Shown: in pieces, positions 20,983-31,590 of the stretch
How positions within the stretch are numbered: the stretch's first letter is position 1
Layout: the number at the start of each line of letters is the position of its first letter
NCBI GenBank assembly: GCA_902776955.1
Contig: CACYSG010000003.1
Location: 30,184-94,183, forward strand
Length of the DNA: 64,000 nt
From: an uncultured Bacteroidales bacterium
Lineage (GTDB): Bacteria; Bacteroidota; Bacteroidia; Bacteroidales; Muribaculaceae
Reading direction: 5' to 3'
Translations under genes and position numbers: made by a program
The notes under the pieces: generated by a model
Told to the model about the DNA's origin: nothing
Database searches by the model: none
Seen by the model: the letters and a program-made list of their open reading frames with translations, nothing else

Positions 20983-23900
20983 TTAATTGGAGTTCAGCAG
21001 TGAGCCGATGAGCAGGGTGACATCAGTAACGTTGATATCGTTGTCGCCATTGACGTTGGCGGCCTCCATGCTGAAGGGCTGAGGATTATTACCGAGCATG
21101 TAACTGATCAAAGTCGTCACATCGGTCACATTGACATTACCGTCGCAGTTCACATCGCCAATCTGGAATGTGGCACCCTTGGTGACGACGAGCGAAGACC
21201 TGGCGGGCGTTGTGCTCTGGTTATTATCGGTGGGGATGGAGTAGATGCCGATGTTGCCGCCGGCACACACAAGATTTCCGCCCCAGTCAAAGGCCATCTG
21301 GTAAATCGCGTTGGCCCCAGAACGGGCATCAGCGACAAATGTCGTCCCGTTGGAGGTCAAGGTGGGTGTAGAGCCGTTCCACGAGATATCATAGAACTGG
21401 AGCACGCCGTCACCATCGTTGATAACCATCAGGTTACCCTCGTTGTTGATGGCAAATCCCGACATGAGCGAGCCGCTGAGCGTTGCCAGGTCGCTGCCGC
21501 TGTTAAAGACCACATTGCCGCCATTGTCAACAAACACCAGTGAGGGCACTGCAGCCGAATTCTGTCCCTTGTAGCGATACTGCATCACCCAAGTGCCGCG
21601 TCCGCCGTCATCGGCGATAATGTTGCCATTACCGTTAATCATGAGAGATCCGATGTCAAGATAGTTGCTCGGGGCGGTGTCCCATGTGGTGAGCAACGAG
21701 CCGTCGCTCTGTCCGATGTTGTAGATGCCCACGCCCTTCTTGTTGCCTGACGGGCCTGCCACATCCTCGAGGAAGGCATACAGACGGGTATCGGCTCCCG
21801 TGCCTTGAATCCAAACACCAGGCACCGAGCCGCCCACAGCGACGCCGTTGTTGGAGATAAGGCCGTTGCCGTCGCGAGTGCCCACAAAGAACTGTGAGAA
21901 CTGTCCATCCAGGTTATCGGGATCGGCAATATAGATTCCCGAAGTGGCGTCACCCCATTCAGGGATATAGATTTTGCCCTCGCCGTCAACTGCGATGCGC
22001 ATATTATTAGCCCAGGTGATACCGCCGCTATAGACCGTCGTGTTATTGGGTCTGCCGTTGATATCACAGGCATACAGGCCGTTAGCGGGGCTAGCAGATT
22101 CCACACGTTCGCCCACGTAGATGGTGCCGAAGTGGCTGCTCTCGGGGCTGCGGTCGATAGCCACCATGGCGCGAGTGTAATCGGCGTAGTGGCCGTTAAG
22201 ACGCGTGATTCGGGTAATCGCATCACCCACGAGGTTCACGGCCCAGTTTATTTCCTGGCCAGCGTCGCCGGGAATCTGGTCCTTGGTCAGCGTGATGCTG
22301 TTTTCACCCTCAACGATGTTGTCCAGGGCCACGCGGCCTACCTCGGTTCCCGTCGTTTTGTCAAGGAACACGATGGCACCCTCGCGGGCCGTGCTGTTGC
22401 TGTTGAACGTGAAGGTATAACCGCCGTCACTGCTCTCGACACTGTTGAGCGCATAAGCAAAAATGCCCTTTACCACCGAGGTGTCCACTTCGATGGCCTT
22501 CTTGACGACGCTCAGGGCCGAACGGGCGGGCGTGGTGCTCTGGTTGTTGTCGGTGGGGATGGAGTAGATGCCGATGTTCTTGCCGGCACAAACGAGGTTT
22601 CCGCCCCAGTCGAATGCCATCTGCTGGATTGCGTTACCGTTCGTGCGGGCATCGGCGGTGAAAGTGGTTCCTGTCGAGGTCAACGTCGGGGTCGAGCCGT
22701 TCCAGGTTATGCTATAGAACTGCAGCACGCCGTCGCCATCATTAATGACCATCAGGTCGTTGGCATTGTTGATGGCAAATCCCGCCTGGATGCAGCCGTT
22801 CAATGTAGTCAGGCTTATACCCGAGTTATAGAGGACGTTGCCACTGTAATCGGTAAATACGATAGCCGGCACTGCCGACGTGTTTTGCCCCTTGGCACGA
22901 TTCTGCACTACCCACAATCCACGTCCTGCGGGGTCGGCAATGATGTTTCCGTTAGTTCCGGTTTCAAAGGCGCCTATATCCAGATAATCGCTCGGAGCAT
23001 GGTCCCATGTGGAGAGCAACGAGCCGTCGCTTTGGCCAATCTGATAGACACCGATGCCGTTCTTGTTGCCCGACGGGCCTGCGATATCCTCAAGATAGGC
23101 AAATAGCCTGGTATCGGCTCCAGTGCCGTGAACCCAAACGCTGGGCACCGAACTGCCCACATTCTCGCCATTGTTGGTAATCAGGCCCGTGGAAGTGTTG
23201 CGCGTGCCCACAAAGAAAGGTGTGAACGTGCCGCTCAGGTTATCCGGGTCGGCAACATAGATGCCCGACGACGCATCAGCCCAGTCGGGGATATACACCT
23301 TGCCCTCGCCGTCAACACAGATTCGCAGACAGTTGCTCAAAGTCTGTCCGCCCCGATAAACCGTCGAGTTGAGGGGCCTACCGTTCACATCACAGACGTA
23401 GAGGCCATTGCGGGTGTCGTTGGATGCCGCCCGTTCTCCCACGTAGATGGCGCCGAAGTGGGCGCTCTCGGGGCTGCGGTCGATGGCCACGGTGGCGCGG
23501 GTATAGGTCGCGTTTACCGCATTGACCCGTTGGATAGCGGTGATGGGTTCACCCACAACATTTACCGCCCAGGAGAGTATCTGTCCATTTCCTCCAGGCA
23601 GGTCCTCGGGCGCCACCGTCACGGTGTTGCCGCCACTGACGATTCCGTTCAACGCGATTCGGCCCACCTCTTGGCCCGAAATGCTGTCGCTAAATATTAG
23701 GCTGGCTTCGGTGGCCTCGGTATTGCAGTTGAAGGAGAACACATAATTTCCGCTATCGTCGGTGGTCCTGTTCAGGTTGTAAGCAAAGATGCCTCGTGGC
23801 AGGTTGTCGGTTCCTGATCCGTCACTGGTCAGATAGAGCGTCATATAGGTGGTTTCGTTGGCGCTGACGGTGTAGTTGCCCTGTCCCGTCAAAGCCTCAT

Positions 23901-24960
23901 AGCCGTTGACGCTGACGTTTATCGTATAGTCATTGCCAGGAACCAAACCGTTGAAGACAAAGATGCCGTTGTAATTGTTGTCGGTGCGATAGGTAGCGAT
24001 TAACGAGCCACCCTTGTAGAGCCTGACCGTCGCCCCATTGATGGGAGCGTGTGAGTCGGTCGAGTTGCCGTTATAGGTGTAGAGGCTGTGTTCCAGGCTG
24101 TTAACCGCATCCTTCACACTACCCATGATATAGCCCGTCGTCTCGCCGTTGATGCCGAAATAGTCGGCAGCCCCGCGAGCCAGGCGCACGCCTTCCTGAC
24201 GGCAATAGTCCTGATTCAAGGCCCGATGGCGGGCAGGCTGATAGGTGTGGAAATAGCCCTCGACCAGGAAGCCGGGCACTCCATGCTTGAGGGCGCCCAA
24301 GTAGCCGTAATAGGTTATTCCTGACGAGGAGTTTGTCGTGTTTGAGCCACCATTATAAAAATCGACGTCTCCCACGATGTAGGGATCGTTCTTGGAGAAG
24401 GTCCGGTATCGGCTGTAGATAGGGTCGAGCTCGTCCATCCAGTGCTGTGGCCAGCTTTTCTGGCACATGGCCTTGCTGCCTGAAACCGATTCGCTGGCGT
24501 TGGTACCGCGGTAGATATACAGCGGATAATTGCTCTGGGAACCATCGGTGTCGGCGTTGGAGTGGATTGACACGAACATGTCATAGTCACCCTCCTCGGC
24601 CTCGGCCGCGATGACGCTGGGATGCTTGCTGATGGCCCCATAGGTGTTGCCGTCATAGGGGAAGGGACCGTTAGAGGTTCTTGACATGGTGATGTTCTCG
24701 TCCTTGACGCCCATGCGCTTGAGGGCATCACGCATTTCAAAGCCTTTCCACAGATTGGTGTTGCTCTCGTAGAAGCCGCACGTGTCGGGCCTATTGGTAG
24801 AGGAAAGCGCCGGATAGGGGATGGTGGCCATGGGACGGTCGTTCGGTCCCCAGCCTCCATGTCCGGGATTGATGTAGATGCGCACATCGTCGGCAGTGAT
24901 GGCCTGCACCGTGCCGACGATGCCGATCGCCATCATCAGTAGTAGAAGAATTTTTTTCAT
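20983..24960 (-). CDS. N-acetylmuramoyl-L-alanine amidase (Amidase_3) with duplicated beta-rich domain and dockerin-type tail
   Basis: INPGHGG, YESNTN, SIHSN, VEG zinc motifs; two GIFAY..STTPARS repeats; GDVNCDGNVNVTDV dockerin. Confidence 0.85.
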   Translation of the reverse strand: MKKILLLLMMAIGIVGTVQAITADDVRIYINPGHGGWGPNDRPMATIPYPALSSTNRPDTCGFYESNTNLWKGFEMRDALKRMGVKDENITMSRTSNGPFPYDGNTYGAISKHPSVIAAEAEEGDYDMFVSIHSNADTDGSQSNYPLYIYRGTNASESVSGSKAMCQKSWPQHWMDELDPIYSRYRTFSKNDPYIVGDVDFYNGGSNTTNSSSGITYYGYLGALKHGVPGFLVEGYFHTYQPARHRALNQDYCRQEGVRLARGAADYFGINGETTGYIMGSVKDAVNSLEHSLYTYNGNSTDSHAPINGATVRLYKGGSLIATYRTDNNYNGIFVFNGLVPGNDYTINVSVNGYEALTGQGNYTVSANETTYMTLYLTSDGSGTDNLPRGIFAYNLNRTTDDSGNYVFSFNCNTEATEASLIFSDSISGQEVGRIALNGIVSGGNTVTVAPEDLPGGNGQILSWAVNVVGEPITAIQRVNAVNATYTRATVAIDRSPESAHFGAIYVGERAASNDTRNGLYVCDVNGRPLNSTVYRGGQTLSNCLRICVDGEGKVYIPDWADASSGIYVADPDNLSGTFTPFFVGTRNTSTGLITNNGENVGSSVPSVWVHGTGADTRLFAYLEDIAGPSGNKNGIGVYQIGQSDGSLLSTWDHAPSDYLDIGAFETGTNGNIIADPAGRGLWVVQNRAKGQNTSAVPAIVFTDYSGNVLYNSGISLTTLNGCIQAGFAINNANDLMVINDGDGVLQFYSITWNGSTPTLTSTGTTFTADARTNGNAIQQMAFDWGGNLVCAGKNIGIYSIPTDNNQSTTPARSALSVVKKAIEVDTSVVKGIFAYALNSVESSDGGYTFTFNSNSTAREGAIVFLDKTTGTEVGRVALDNIVEGENSITLTKDQIPGDAGQEINWAVNLVGDAITRITRLNGHYADYTRAMVAIDRSPESSHFGTIYVGERVESASPANGLYACDINGRPNNTTVYSGGITWANNMRIAVDGEGKIYIPEWGDATSGIYIADPDNLDGQFSQFFVGTRDGNGLISNNGVAVGGSVPGVWIQGTGADTRLYAFLEDVAGPSGNKKGVGIYNIGQSDGSLLTTWDTAPSNYLDIGSLMINGNGNIIADDGGRGTWVMQYRYKGQNSAAVPSLVFVDNGGNVVFNSGSDLATLSGSLMSGFAINNEGNLMVINDGDGVLQFYDISWNGSTPTLTSNGTTFVADARSGANAIYQMAFDWGGNLVCAGGNIGIYSIPTDNNQSTTPARSSLVVTKGATFQIGDVNCDGNVNVTDVTTLISYMLGNNPQPFSMEAANVNGDNDINVTDVTLLIGSLLNSN

Positions 24961-25007
24961 TTCTGTTTGATAAGATTTAAAAGTGAAACAATGATTTGGT
25001 TATTGAG

Positions 25008-25050
25008 TAGAGGGTCTAGATTGACTAGAGGCTCTAGATATTCTAGATGG
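25008..25050. repeat. Degenerate 9-mer tandem repeat (tagaggctc-like)
   Basis: tagagggtc tagattgac tagaggctc tagatattc tagat, after the GH20 stop. Confidence 0.65.
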
Positions 25051-25070
25051 TTTTTTTGGGGGGAGGGTAG

Positions 25071-26753
25071 TTATACCTCGTTGTCGGTGAGGCTGCGGGC
25101 GCGGTAAGTCCAGCCGTAGTGCTTGTAGATGTCCACCAGCTGCGGGAGCCTGGCCATGAAGTCCTGGTAATCCTTTTCCGTGGGCTGAAGCCACTGGACC
25201 TCGGCAAGGGCGGCCATGCGGGGCAACACCTGGTATTGAATTTGGGGCTCACAGGTGATGTATTCGGTCCACACGTTGGCTTGGGCGCCCAGGATGTGGT
25301 GGCGTACGTCGGCGGGCAGGTCGGCGGCTACCGGTTCAAAGTCATAGACCTTCTTGAGCGTGTTACAGCCGCCGAATGCCATGGGTTCGTTCCACGTCTT
25401 GTCGGTCTGGTAATAATCAAAATACAGGGGTCCCACGGGCGTCATGATCACGTCATGTCCCAGTTTGGCGCCTTGGGCACCGGGTTCTGCTCCTCTCCAC
25501 GACATGATGGTGGCCGTTGCATCCACGTCACAGTCCAGCAGCTCGTCCCAACCGATGATGCGCCTACCGTGGGCCGTGAGGTAGTTTTGCACCTGGGTCG
25601 TGAACCATCCCTGCAACAAGGCCTCGGCACTCTGCTTGCCCTTGGCCACCAGGCCCAGTTCCCTGATGCGTTGCTGGCACAGGGGGCACTGCTGCCACCG
25701 CATGCGGGGCGACTCGTCACCGCCGATGTGGATGTACTGGCCCGGGAACAGTGCCATCACCTCGTCGAGCACGTCCTTGACAAACTGCAGGGTCTGGTCC
25801 TTGCCGATACACAGGATATCGTCGGTCACACCCCACAGTGTCCACACCTCGTAGGGTCCTCCCGTACAACCCAGTTCGGGATAGGCGGTCATGGCAGCCA
25901 CCATGTGGCCGGGCATGTCAATCTCGGGGATGATGGTGATATAGCGGTCGGCGGCATAGCGCACGATGTCGCGGATTTCGGCCTGAGTGAAGTAGCCGCC
26001 GTGGCGGATGCCGTCGTTCACGGGCGAATTGTGGCCCAGCGTGGTGCCGTTGCGCCAGCCACCTACCTCGGTCAGGCGGGGATATTTCTGGATTTCTATG
26101 CGCCAGCCCTGGTCATCGGTCAAGTGCCAGTGCAGGCGGTTCATGCCGTGCAGAGCCATGATGTCGAGATAACGTTTCACAGTTTCCTCGCCGAAGAAAT
26201 GCCTCACACAGTCCAGGTGCATGCCACGATAGCCAAAGCGGGGCGATGCCGACACCTGTGCGGCGGGAAGCAACACTTTTCCGTCCATTCCGTCCTGTTT
26301 GTTCATTCCGTTCATTCCGTTCATTCCGTTCTGTCCAGCGGGAATCGACTTGCGTAGCGTCTGGATGCCGTAGAACACCCCTGCGGGCGTCTTGCCGGCG
26401 ATTTCCACACCCCTGGCGGTAACGGTGATGCGGTAACCCTCATCGCTGTCCACCTTCGGGTCCAGCAACAGGGAAATGCAGCCGTCGCGGTAGATGCGGC
26501 TGGTGGGGCGGGTGCTCAGGTGCAGTCCCGTCAAGTCCTCGATATAGCCGCTGAGCATCGCGGCATTGCGTTCCATGTCACGATTCCCTAGGGGATAATC
26601 AATCAGGCAGCTGCCGTCGAGCATGAAGTCGCGGTCCTTGATGCCGTCAATCCTGTCGGGCAAGGGGACGACCCTGTAATCGGCCCGCAATGGCTGGGCA
26701 GCGGCAGTGACAGCGACAATCGTTACCAATAGGCTAAAAATCACTTTTTTCAT
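25071..26753 (-). CDS. Beta-N-acetylhexosaminidase (GH20)
   Basis: RGMHLDCVRHF, HWHLTDDQGWR, PEIDMPGH, HIGGDE; start reassigned to MKKVIFSLL (signal peptide). Confidence 0.95.
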   Translation of the reverse strand: MKKVIFSLLVTIVAVTAAAQPLRADYRVVPLPDRIDGIKDRDFMLDGSCLIDYPLGNRDMERNAAMLSGYIEDLTGLHLSTRPTSRIYRDGCISLLLDPKVDSDEGYRITVTARGVEIAGKTPAGVFYGIQTLRKSIPAGQNGMNGMNGMNKQDGMDGKVLLPAAQVSASPRFGYRGMHLDCVRHFFGEETVKRYLDIMALHGMNRLHWHLTDDQGWRIEIQKYPRLTEVGGWRNGTTLGHNSPVNDGIRHGGYFTQAEIRDIVRYAADRYITIIPEIDMPGHMVAAMTAYPELGCTGGPYEVWTLWGVTDDILCIGKDQTLQFVKDVLDEVMALFPGQYIHIGGDESPRMRWQQCPLCQQRIRELGLVAKGKQSAEALLQGWFTTQVQNYLTAHGRRIIGWDELLDCDVDATATIMSWRGAEPGAQGAKLGHDVIMTPVGPLYFDYYQTDKTWNEPMAFGGCNTLKKVYDFEPVAADLPADVRHHILGAQANVWTEYITCEPQIQYQVLPRMAALAEVQWLQPTEKDYQDFMARLPQLVDIYKHYGWTYRARSLTDNEV

Positions 26754-26844
26754 TCTATCTGTATTTTTTTGATTATACTTTGTCGCAAAAGTAATGAAAA
26801 AACGGCAATTCCGCAATTATTAGTTATAATTCTACCGATTGGAA

Positions 26845-26866
26845 ACGCAAAATTTTGCGTCTCTAC
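26845..26866. repeat. GTAG-type REP, family C (single, partly degenerate copy)
   Basis: acgcaaaattttgcgtctctac. Confidence 0.75.
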
Positions 26867-26944
26867 ATGGCTGGGGGCGGCCACGCCAAGGCGAGGCCCT
26901 ACAGGCTACAGCAATCGGATGTCCTAATGGTTTTTTTGATATGA

Positions 26945-26985
26945 AACGAGGAGGCGAGCCATTTTGGATTGGCAGCCTCCTCGTT
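26945..26985 (-). terminator. Hairpin after DPP III
   Basis: aacgaggagg ... cctcctcgtt. Confidence 0.65.
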
Positions 26986-27013
26986 GTTGTTGGGATTTTT
27001 CCTTAAACGGCGA

Positions 27014-29014
27014 TTACTTGGTCAGGGGAGAGTAGTCCTGGCCGTAGCGCAGCATCTGGTCGATGTAGCCCTCGGTGTAGCTGACCTTCACGTCGGTGAT
27101 GCGACCGTTCTTGTCATAGACGGGGGTGTAGATGGGATTGACAAAGCCCTTGTAGGGGGCAATGTTCAGGCCCTCGTAGCGGGCGAGCACTTCCTTGTGG
27201 ATCTCGGGGTCAACCTTCACGCCGTAGGTCTCGACGAGCAGGCGTCCAGCCTCGAAGTCACCCTCGCTCTTGATGCGCTGCACCTCGCCCAGCAACTCGG
27301 CGAACAGCTCGCGCAGCTTCTCGTAATTGTTCACGCGAACAAAGGTCTTGCCATCGCGCTTCACATACTCGATGACGTTGTCCTTCTTGCCATGCTGATA
27401 GCACCACTCGCTGATGAACTTGCGGTTGCGCATGTGGGCCTCCTCGATGTCCTTGCCCGGCTCGATGCGGGTGAGCTGGGTCATCAGTCCGTTCATGATA
27501 TACTTGTAGTATTCGGCCTTGTAGGCTTCCATGTTGGGCATGATGCCGAGTTCCACCAGCTTGGGGTCGGCCAGATAATAGAGTGCGAACAGGTCGGCAC
27601 GTCCCTCCTCGAGGGTTGAGCCATAGGCCTTGAGGGCGTCGGGGTCAACACCGGGGAGCAGTTGTCCCGAAGCGTGGCCCAGGCACTCGTGCAGGTCGGT
27701 GTGGAGGTTGTCGGCCAGGGCGAGATAATTCTTCATCAGGTCAATCTCGGTCTGACTCCATGCGAACTCATCGTTAAAGCCGTTACCGGCAGCCACCTGG
27801 TTGTAGGCGTCGGTGATATTCTCGATGGTTACCGACTTGGAACCGTGTGCGGCGCGAATCCAGTTGCTGTTGGGCAGGTTGATGCCGATGGGTGTGGAGG
27901 GGTAGCTGTCACCTGCCAGGACGGCTGCGGTGATGACCTTTGCGCTGACGCCCTTCACCTCTTTCTTCTTGAAGCGGTTGTCAACAGGCGAGTTGCTCTC
28001 GAAGTACTGGGCATTCTCGCTGATGATCCTAGTGCGGTGGGAGGCTGCCTCGTTGCGGAAGTTCACCATACCTTCCCAAGAACCCGTCATGCCCAGGGGG
28101 TCGCCGTAGCTCTCGATAAAGCCGTTGATGAAGTCCACCTGGTCCTGGGTGTCCTCGGCCCACATGATGCTGTAGTCGTCAAAGGTCTTCAACGAGCCGG
28201 TCTGGTAGAATTTCACCAGTTCGTCGATATAGGCCTTCTGTGCGGGACTCTCGGCCACGGTAGCGGCCTTTTGGAGCCAATAGACGATTTTCTCGATGGC
28301 CTGGGAGTAGAGTCCGCCCACCTTGTAAGGCTCCTCGACAATCTTGCCGTTCTTCTTGACCACCTTGCAGTTCAAGCCCCAGGAGATGGGGGTGAGGTCG
28401 GTGGTGTCCTTGAGGTTGTTGTAGAAATCCTCGACCTCCTGCTGGGTCACGCCCTCATACATGTTGCATGCCGAAGTGAGAATCAGGTCCTCGCCATCGG
28501 CCTGGTTGACGCGCTTGGCCATGAATGCGGGGTCAAAGATGATGCGGTCGAGCAGTTTCTTCTCGTCGGCGCGCTGCTTGGCACCGGGGAGCTTGGCAAA
28601 CTGCTGGTCAAAGAAATTCTTGCTGAACTCGGGGGTGAACTTGTCCATCGAGTAGTGGTGATGGATGCCGTTGCCAAACCACACCTGCTTCAGGTACTTG
28701 ACAAACGCCAGATAGTCCTTGTCCTGCTTGTCGCCCGTGTAGTTGCGGTAGATGTCCTCGAGGGTCTGGCGCACCATCAGGTTGTACTTGCAGTTCTGGT
28801 CAAAGAGGATGTCGCGGCCGTTGAGGGCAGCCTCGGTGAGGTAATAAACCAGCTCCTTCTGCTTGAGGGAGAGGTCCTCAAATCCGGGCACCTGATAGCG
28901 CAGCACCTCGATGTCGGCGAAACGGTCCACGGAATAGTCAAAATTAGTGTTTTGTCCCATTGCGGTTGTTGACAGTGCCGTCATGGCGATGACGGCAAGA
29001 ATTGCCTTTTTCAT
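27014..29014 (-). CDS. Dipeptidyl-peptidase III (M49)
   Basis: HECLGH hexapeptide zinc motif, EEGRAD, EEAHMRNR, GINLPN. Confidence 0.95.
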   Translation of the reverse strand: MKKAILAVIAMTALSTTAMGQNTNFDYSVDRFADIEVLRYQVPGFEDLSLKQKELVYYLTEAALNGRDILFDQNCKYNLMVRQTLEDIYRNYTGDKQDKDYLAFVKYLKQVWFGNGIHHHYSMDKFTPEFSKNFFDQQFAKLPGAKQRADEKKLLDRIIFDPAFMAKRVNQADGEDLILTSACNMYEGVTQQEVEDFYNNLKDTTDLTPISWGLNCKVVKKNGKIVEEPYKVGGLYSQAIEKIVYWLQKAATVAESPAQKAYIDELVKFYQTGSLKTFDDYSIMWAEDTQDQVDFINGFIESYGDPLGMTGSWEGMVNFRNEAASHRTRIISENAQYFESNSPVDNRFKKKEVKGVSAKVITAAVLAGDSYPSTPIGINLPNSNWIRAAHGSKSVTIENITDAYNQVAAGNGFNDEFAWSQTEIDLMKNYLALADNLHTDLHECLGHASGQLLPGVDPDALKAYGSTLEEGRADLFALYYLADPKLVELGIMPNMEAYKAEYYKYIMNGLMTQLTRIEPGKDIEEAHMRNRKFISEWCYQHGKKDNVIEYVKRDGKTFVRVNNYEKLRELFAELLGEVQRIKSEGDFEAGRLLVETYGVKVDPEIHKEVLARYEGLNIAPYKGFVNPIYTPVYDKNGRITDVKVSYTEGYIDQMLRYGQDYSPLTK

Positions 29015-29077
29015 ATTGATAGGTTTAATGTTTATGAGAGTTGTTGAAATTCATTAGAAAACGGGATGTGGAGAACA

Positions 29078-29833
29078 TCACTCGTCAGGAAGGCGTGTGA
29101 ATCGATCCGCACCGAGTTGATACGCCGTGTATTTGCCAGGGATGATTTTGTAATTGTCATCGGTCTGGTAGGCATAGAAGCGTTTTGTCTGGGGATCCCA
29201 CTTGAACAGGTCGCTCGTCTTGACGTTGCCACCGCTGATGAACTCGTAGTTACCGGCAACCTCGGTACCGTCAAAGAAGAACGGCAGGAGCCTGAGCACG
29301 ACGCCGTCGATATGGGTCACCGAAGCATAGGCCCTGTAGCGGCCCTCGGTATTCTTGTAGGATTGAATGATGACATAGTAGGTGCGCGGTCCTAACTGGA
29401 TGTTGATAATCGAGTCGATGCTGTGGCCCATCATGTGCTTGTGCTGGAGGTCGCCCTTGCGGCCGGCAAGCAGTTGGTCGATGGGGCCGTTAAAGCCGAT
29501 GAAATTATCGCCTGCGGTCCATTGTGACAGGTTGGCATACACTTTAAGGCCGTTGCTGGTGCTGGTGGGCCAGCTGTAGCAACGCAGGTGGCCATCCTGG
29601 CTGGTGGCGATTTTCATGTTCAGGTTCTCCTGCAAGAGCGGGAAATCATAGTTCATGGTGGATTTGTCGCGCTGCATCCAGTCGGTAAACTCCTTGTAAC
29701 CGTCGGTAACGGTCTGATAGTCGTCGCTCTGCATGGCCTTGAGGAACTTCTTCTCGTTGCGCTCAACCTTGGAGCACGAGGCAAGCGCCATAATCATCAA
29801 GGTCCAAATAAAAACGGTTTTGAAACTCTTCAT
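29078..29833 (-). CDS. Hypothetical lipoprotein
   Basis: Lipobox LASC after a hydrophobic segment. Confidence 0.7.
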   Translation of the reverse strand: MKSFKTVFIWTLMIMALASCSKVERNEKKFLKAMQSDDYQTVTDGYKEFTDWMQRDKSTMNYDFPLLQENLNMKIATSQDGHLRCYSWPTSTSNGLKVYANLSQWTAGDNFIGFNGPIDQLLAGRKGDLQHKHMMGHSIDSIINIQLGPRTYYVIIQSYKNTEGRYRAYASVTHIDGVVLRLLPFFFDGTEVAGNYEFISGGNVKTSDLFKWDPQTKRFYAYQTDDNYKIIPGKYTAYQLGADRFTRLPDE

Positions 29834-29843
29834 CGTTGTCCAA

Positions 29844-30299
29844 TTATTTGATACTGTTGTAGATGATGCCCTTCTCGTTCATGATGGTGAGGGTCTCGGC
29901 ACCAGCTTTGGCATTGATGATGTAGTTGGTCCCGTCGTTGGTCTGCAAGAGATATCCGTTGTCACTCATGACACACTTCTTGCTCTCGGCGATACGTTCG
30001 GGCGTGCCGCTCTTGTCCTGTCCGGCTTTCCACATGGTCACGCGATAGGTGCCGTCGGCCAGATTCTCGAGGCGCACCTGATACTCCTTGGTATTAAATT
30101 CGGCGACAACGTGGTCCTTACCGTCATCGGTGGGCTGGGCGTGCTCAACGGCAACCTTGGGCCCCTTGGCGGTGGCGCTGTCGGTCTTCTCGGTGGCGGG
30201 AGCCTTGGCGTCAGCCTGGCCTTCCTTGGCGGCTTTCTCGTTACATGCGGTCATGGCCATCAAAGCCACGGCGGCAAAAAGGATGAAAAATTTCTTCAT
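29844..30299 (-). CDS. Hypothetical lipoprotein
   Basis: Lipobox MTAC, Ala/Lys-rich linker. Confidence 0.7.
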   Translation of the reverse strand: MKKFFILFAAVALMAMTACNEKAAKEGQADAKAPATEKTDSATAKGPKVAVEHAQPTDDGKDHVVAEFNTKEYQVRLENLADGTYRVTMWKAGQDKSGTPERIAESKKCVMSDNGYLLQTNDGTNYIINAKAGAETLTIMNEKGIIYNSIK

Positions 30300-30334
30300 T
30301 TTGTTATTGATATTTTAATGGTTAAATTATTATT

Positions 30335-30376
30335 CCGTTTCGTTCGTTTCGTCCGTTTCGTCCGTTTCGTCCGTTT
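30335..30376. repeat. 9-mer tandem repeat (ccgtttcgt, about 4.7 copies)
   Basis: Seen directly, after the rlmI stop. Confidence 0.85.
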
Positions 30377-30405
30377 GGTCACGCTATTCCCGCGACCTGT
30401 GGACT

Positions 30406-31587
30406 TCATTCCACATACAGTACCAGGCCCTTGAGGTACTCGCCCTCGGGGTGGTAGATGCTGATGGGATGGTCGGCGGGCTGGGTGAGCTGGTGCAGGA
30501 TGCGCACCTTGCGGCGCGTCTGGGCGGCAGCGCTGAACACCGCCAGACGGAACTGCTCCTTGTTCACGGCCTGGGAGCAGGAGAAGGTGAACAGGATGCT
30601 GCCGGGAGCGATTCTCTCCAGCGCCTTGGCATTCAGGCGGCGATAACCCACGAGGGCATTGCGCAGGGCGCTCTTGTGCTTGGCAAACGCGGGCGGGTCG
30701 AGGATAATCAGGTCATAGGCGTCCTTCTCCATGTTGTCAAGGAATTTGAAGGCATCCTCGGCAAAGGAACGGTGACGGCCATCCTCGGGAGCGAAATTCA
30801 GGGCCACATTGTCGTCGGTGAGGCGAACGGCCTTGGCCGAACTGTCCACCGAGTGAACCACCTGGGCACCGCCCCTGAGGGCATAGACCGAGAATCCGCC
30901 CGTGTAGCAGAACATGTTCAGCACTCGTCGTCCGCGGCTGTAATGCTCCAGCAGGCGGCGGTTCTCGCGCTGGTCGACAAAGAAACCGGTCTTCTGCCCC
31001 TTGAGCCAGTCGACATGGAACCGCAGGCCGTTCTCCAGGGCCTCGTCGGTCTCCATGCCGCCAATGATGTAATCGTTCACGGGATCGAGATGGGCCTTGT
31101 AGGGCAGGGTGGTCTCGCTCTTGTAATAGACGTTGCGGATGCCGGGCAGCTGGGTCAAAGCCCGTGCGATGATGTTGCGGGCAAAGTGCATACCGGGCGA
31201 ATGGGCCTGCATTACAGCCGTGGGGCCATAGACGTCGACCACAAGGCCGGGCAGGAAGTCGCCCTCGCCATGCACGAGGCGGTAAGCGTTGTTGTCCTCG
31301 CGCTGGAGGCCCAGGGCCTGCCTCATCGTGTAGGCATCACCAAGGCGTTTCTCGTAGAAGGCCTCGTCGATGGCCGTGTCGTCAAAGGTGAGCATCCTCA
31401 CGGCGATACTGCCGATTTGGCTATGGCCGTTACCGATGAGCGTGCCGTCATGGGCGTAAACTGTCACCAGGTCGCCCTCCTCGATGGTATCGTCGGCCGC
31501 GGCGATGGCCCCCGAGAAGACCCAGGGGTGGAGCCGCTGGAGGGATTCCTCCTTGCCGCGCTTGAGAGTTACGGTTTTATAGGTCAT
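30406..31587 (-). CDS. rlmI: 23S rRNA m5C1962 methyltransferase RlmI-like
   Basis: PUA-like HPWVFSGAI, GQKTGFFVDQRENR, LNMFCYTGGFS, ILDPPAF, YLKGL. Confidence 0.88.
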   Translation of the reverse strand: MTYKTVTLKRGKEESLQRLHPWVFSGAIAAADDTIEEGDLVTVYAHDGTLIGNGHSQIGSIAVRMLTFDDTAIDEAFYEKRLGDAYTMRQALGLQREDNNAYRLVHGEGDFLPGLVVDVYGPTAVMQAHSPGMHFARNIIARALTQLPGIRNVYYKSETTLPYKAHLDPVNDYIIGGMETDEALENGLRFHVDWLKGQKTGFFVDQRENRRLLEHYSRGRRVLNMFCYTGGFSVYALRGGAQVVHSVDSSAKAVRLTDDNVALNFAPEDGRHRSFAEDAFKFLDNMEKDAYDLIILDPPAFAKHKSALRNALVGYRRLNAKALERIAPGSILFTFSCSQAVNKEQFRLAVFSAAAQTRRKVRILHQLTQPADHPISIYHPEGEYLKGLVLYVE

Positions 31588-31590
31588 TTC

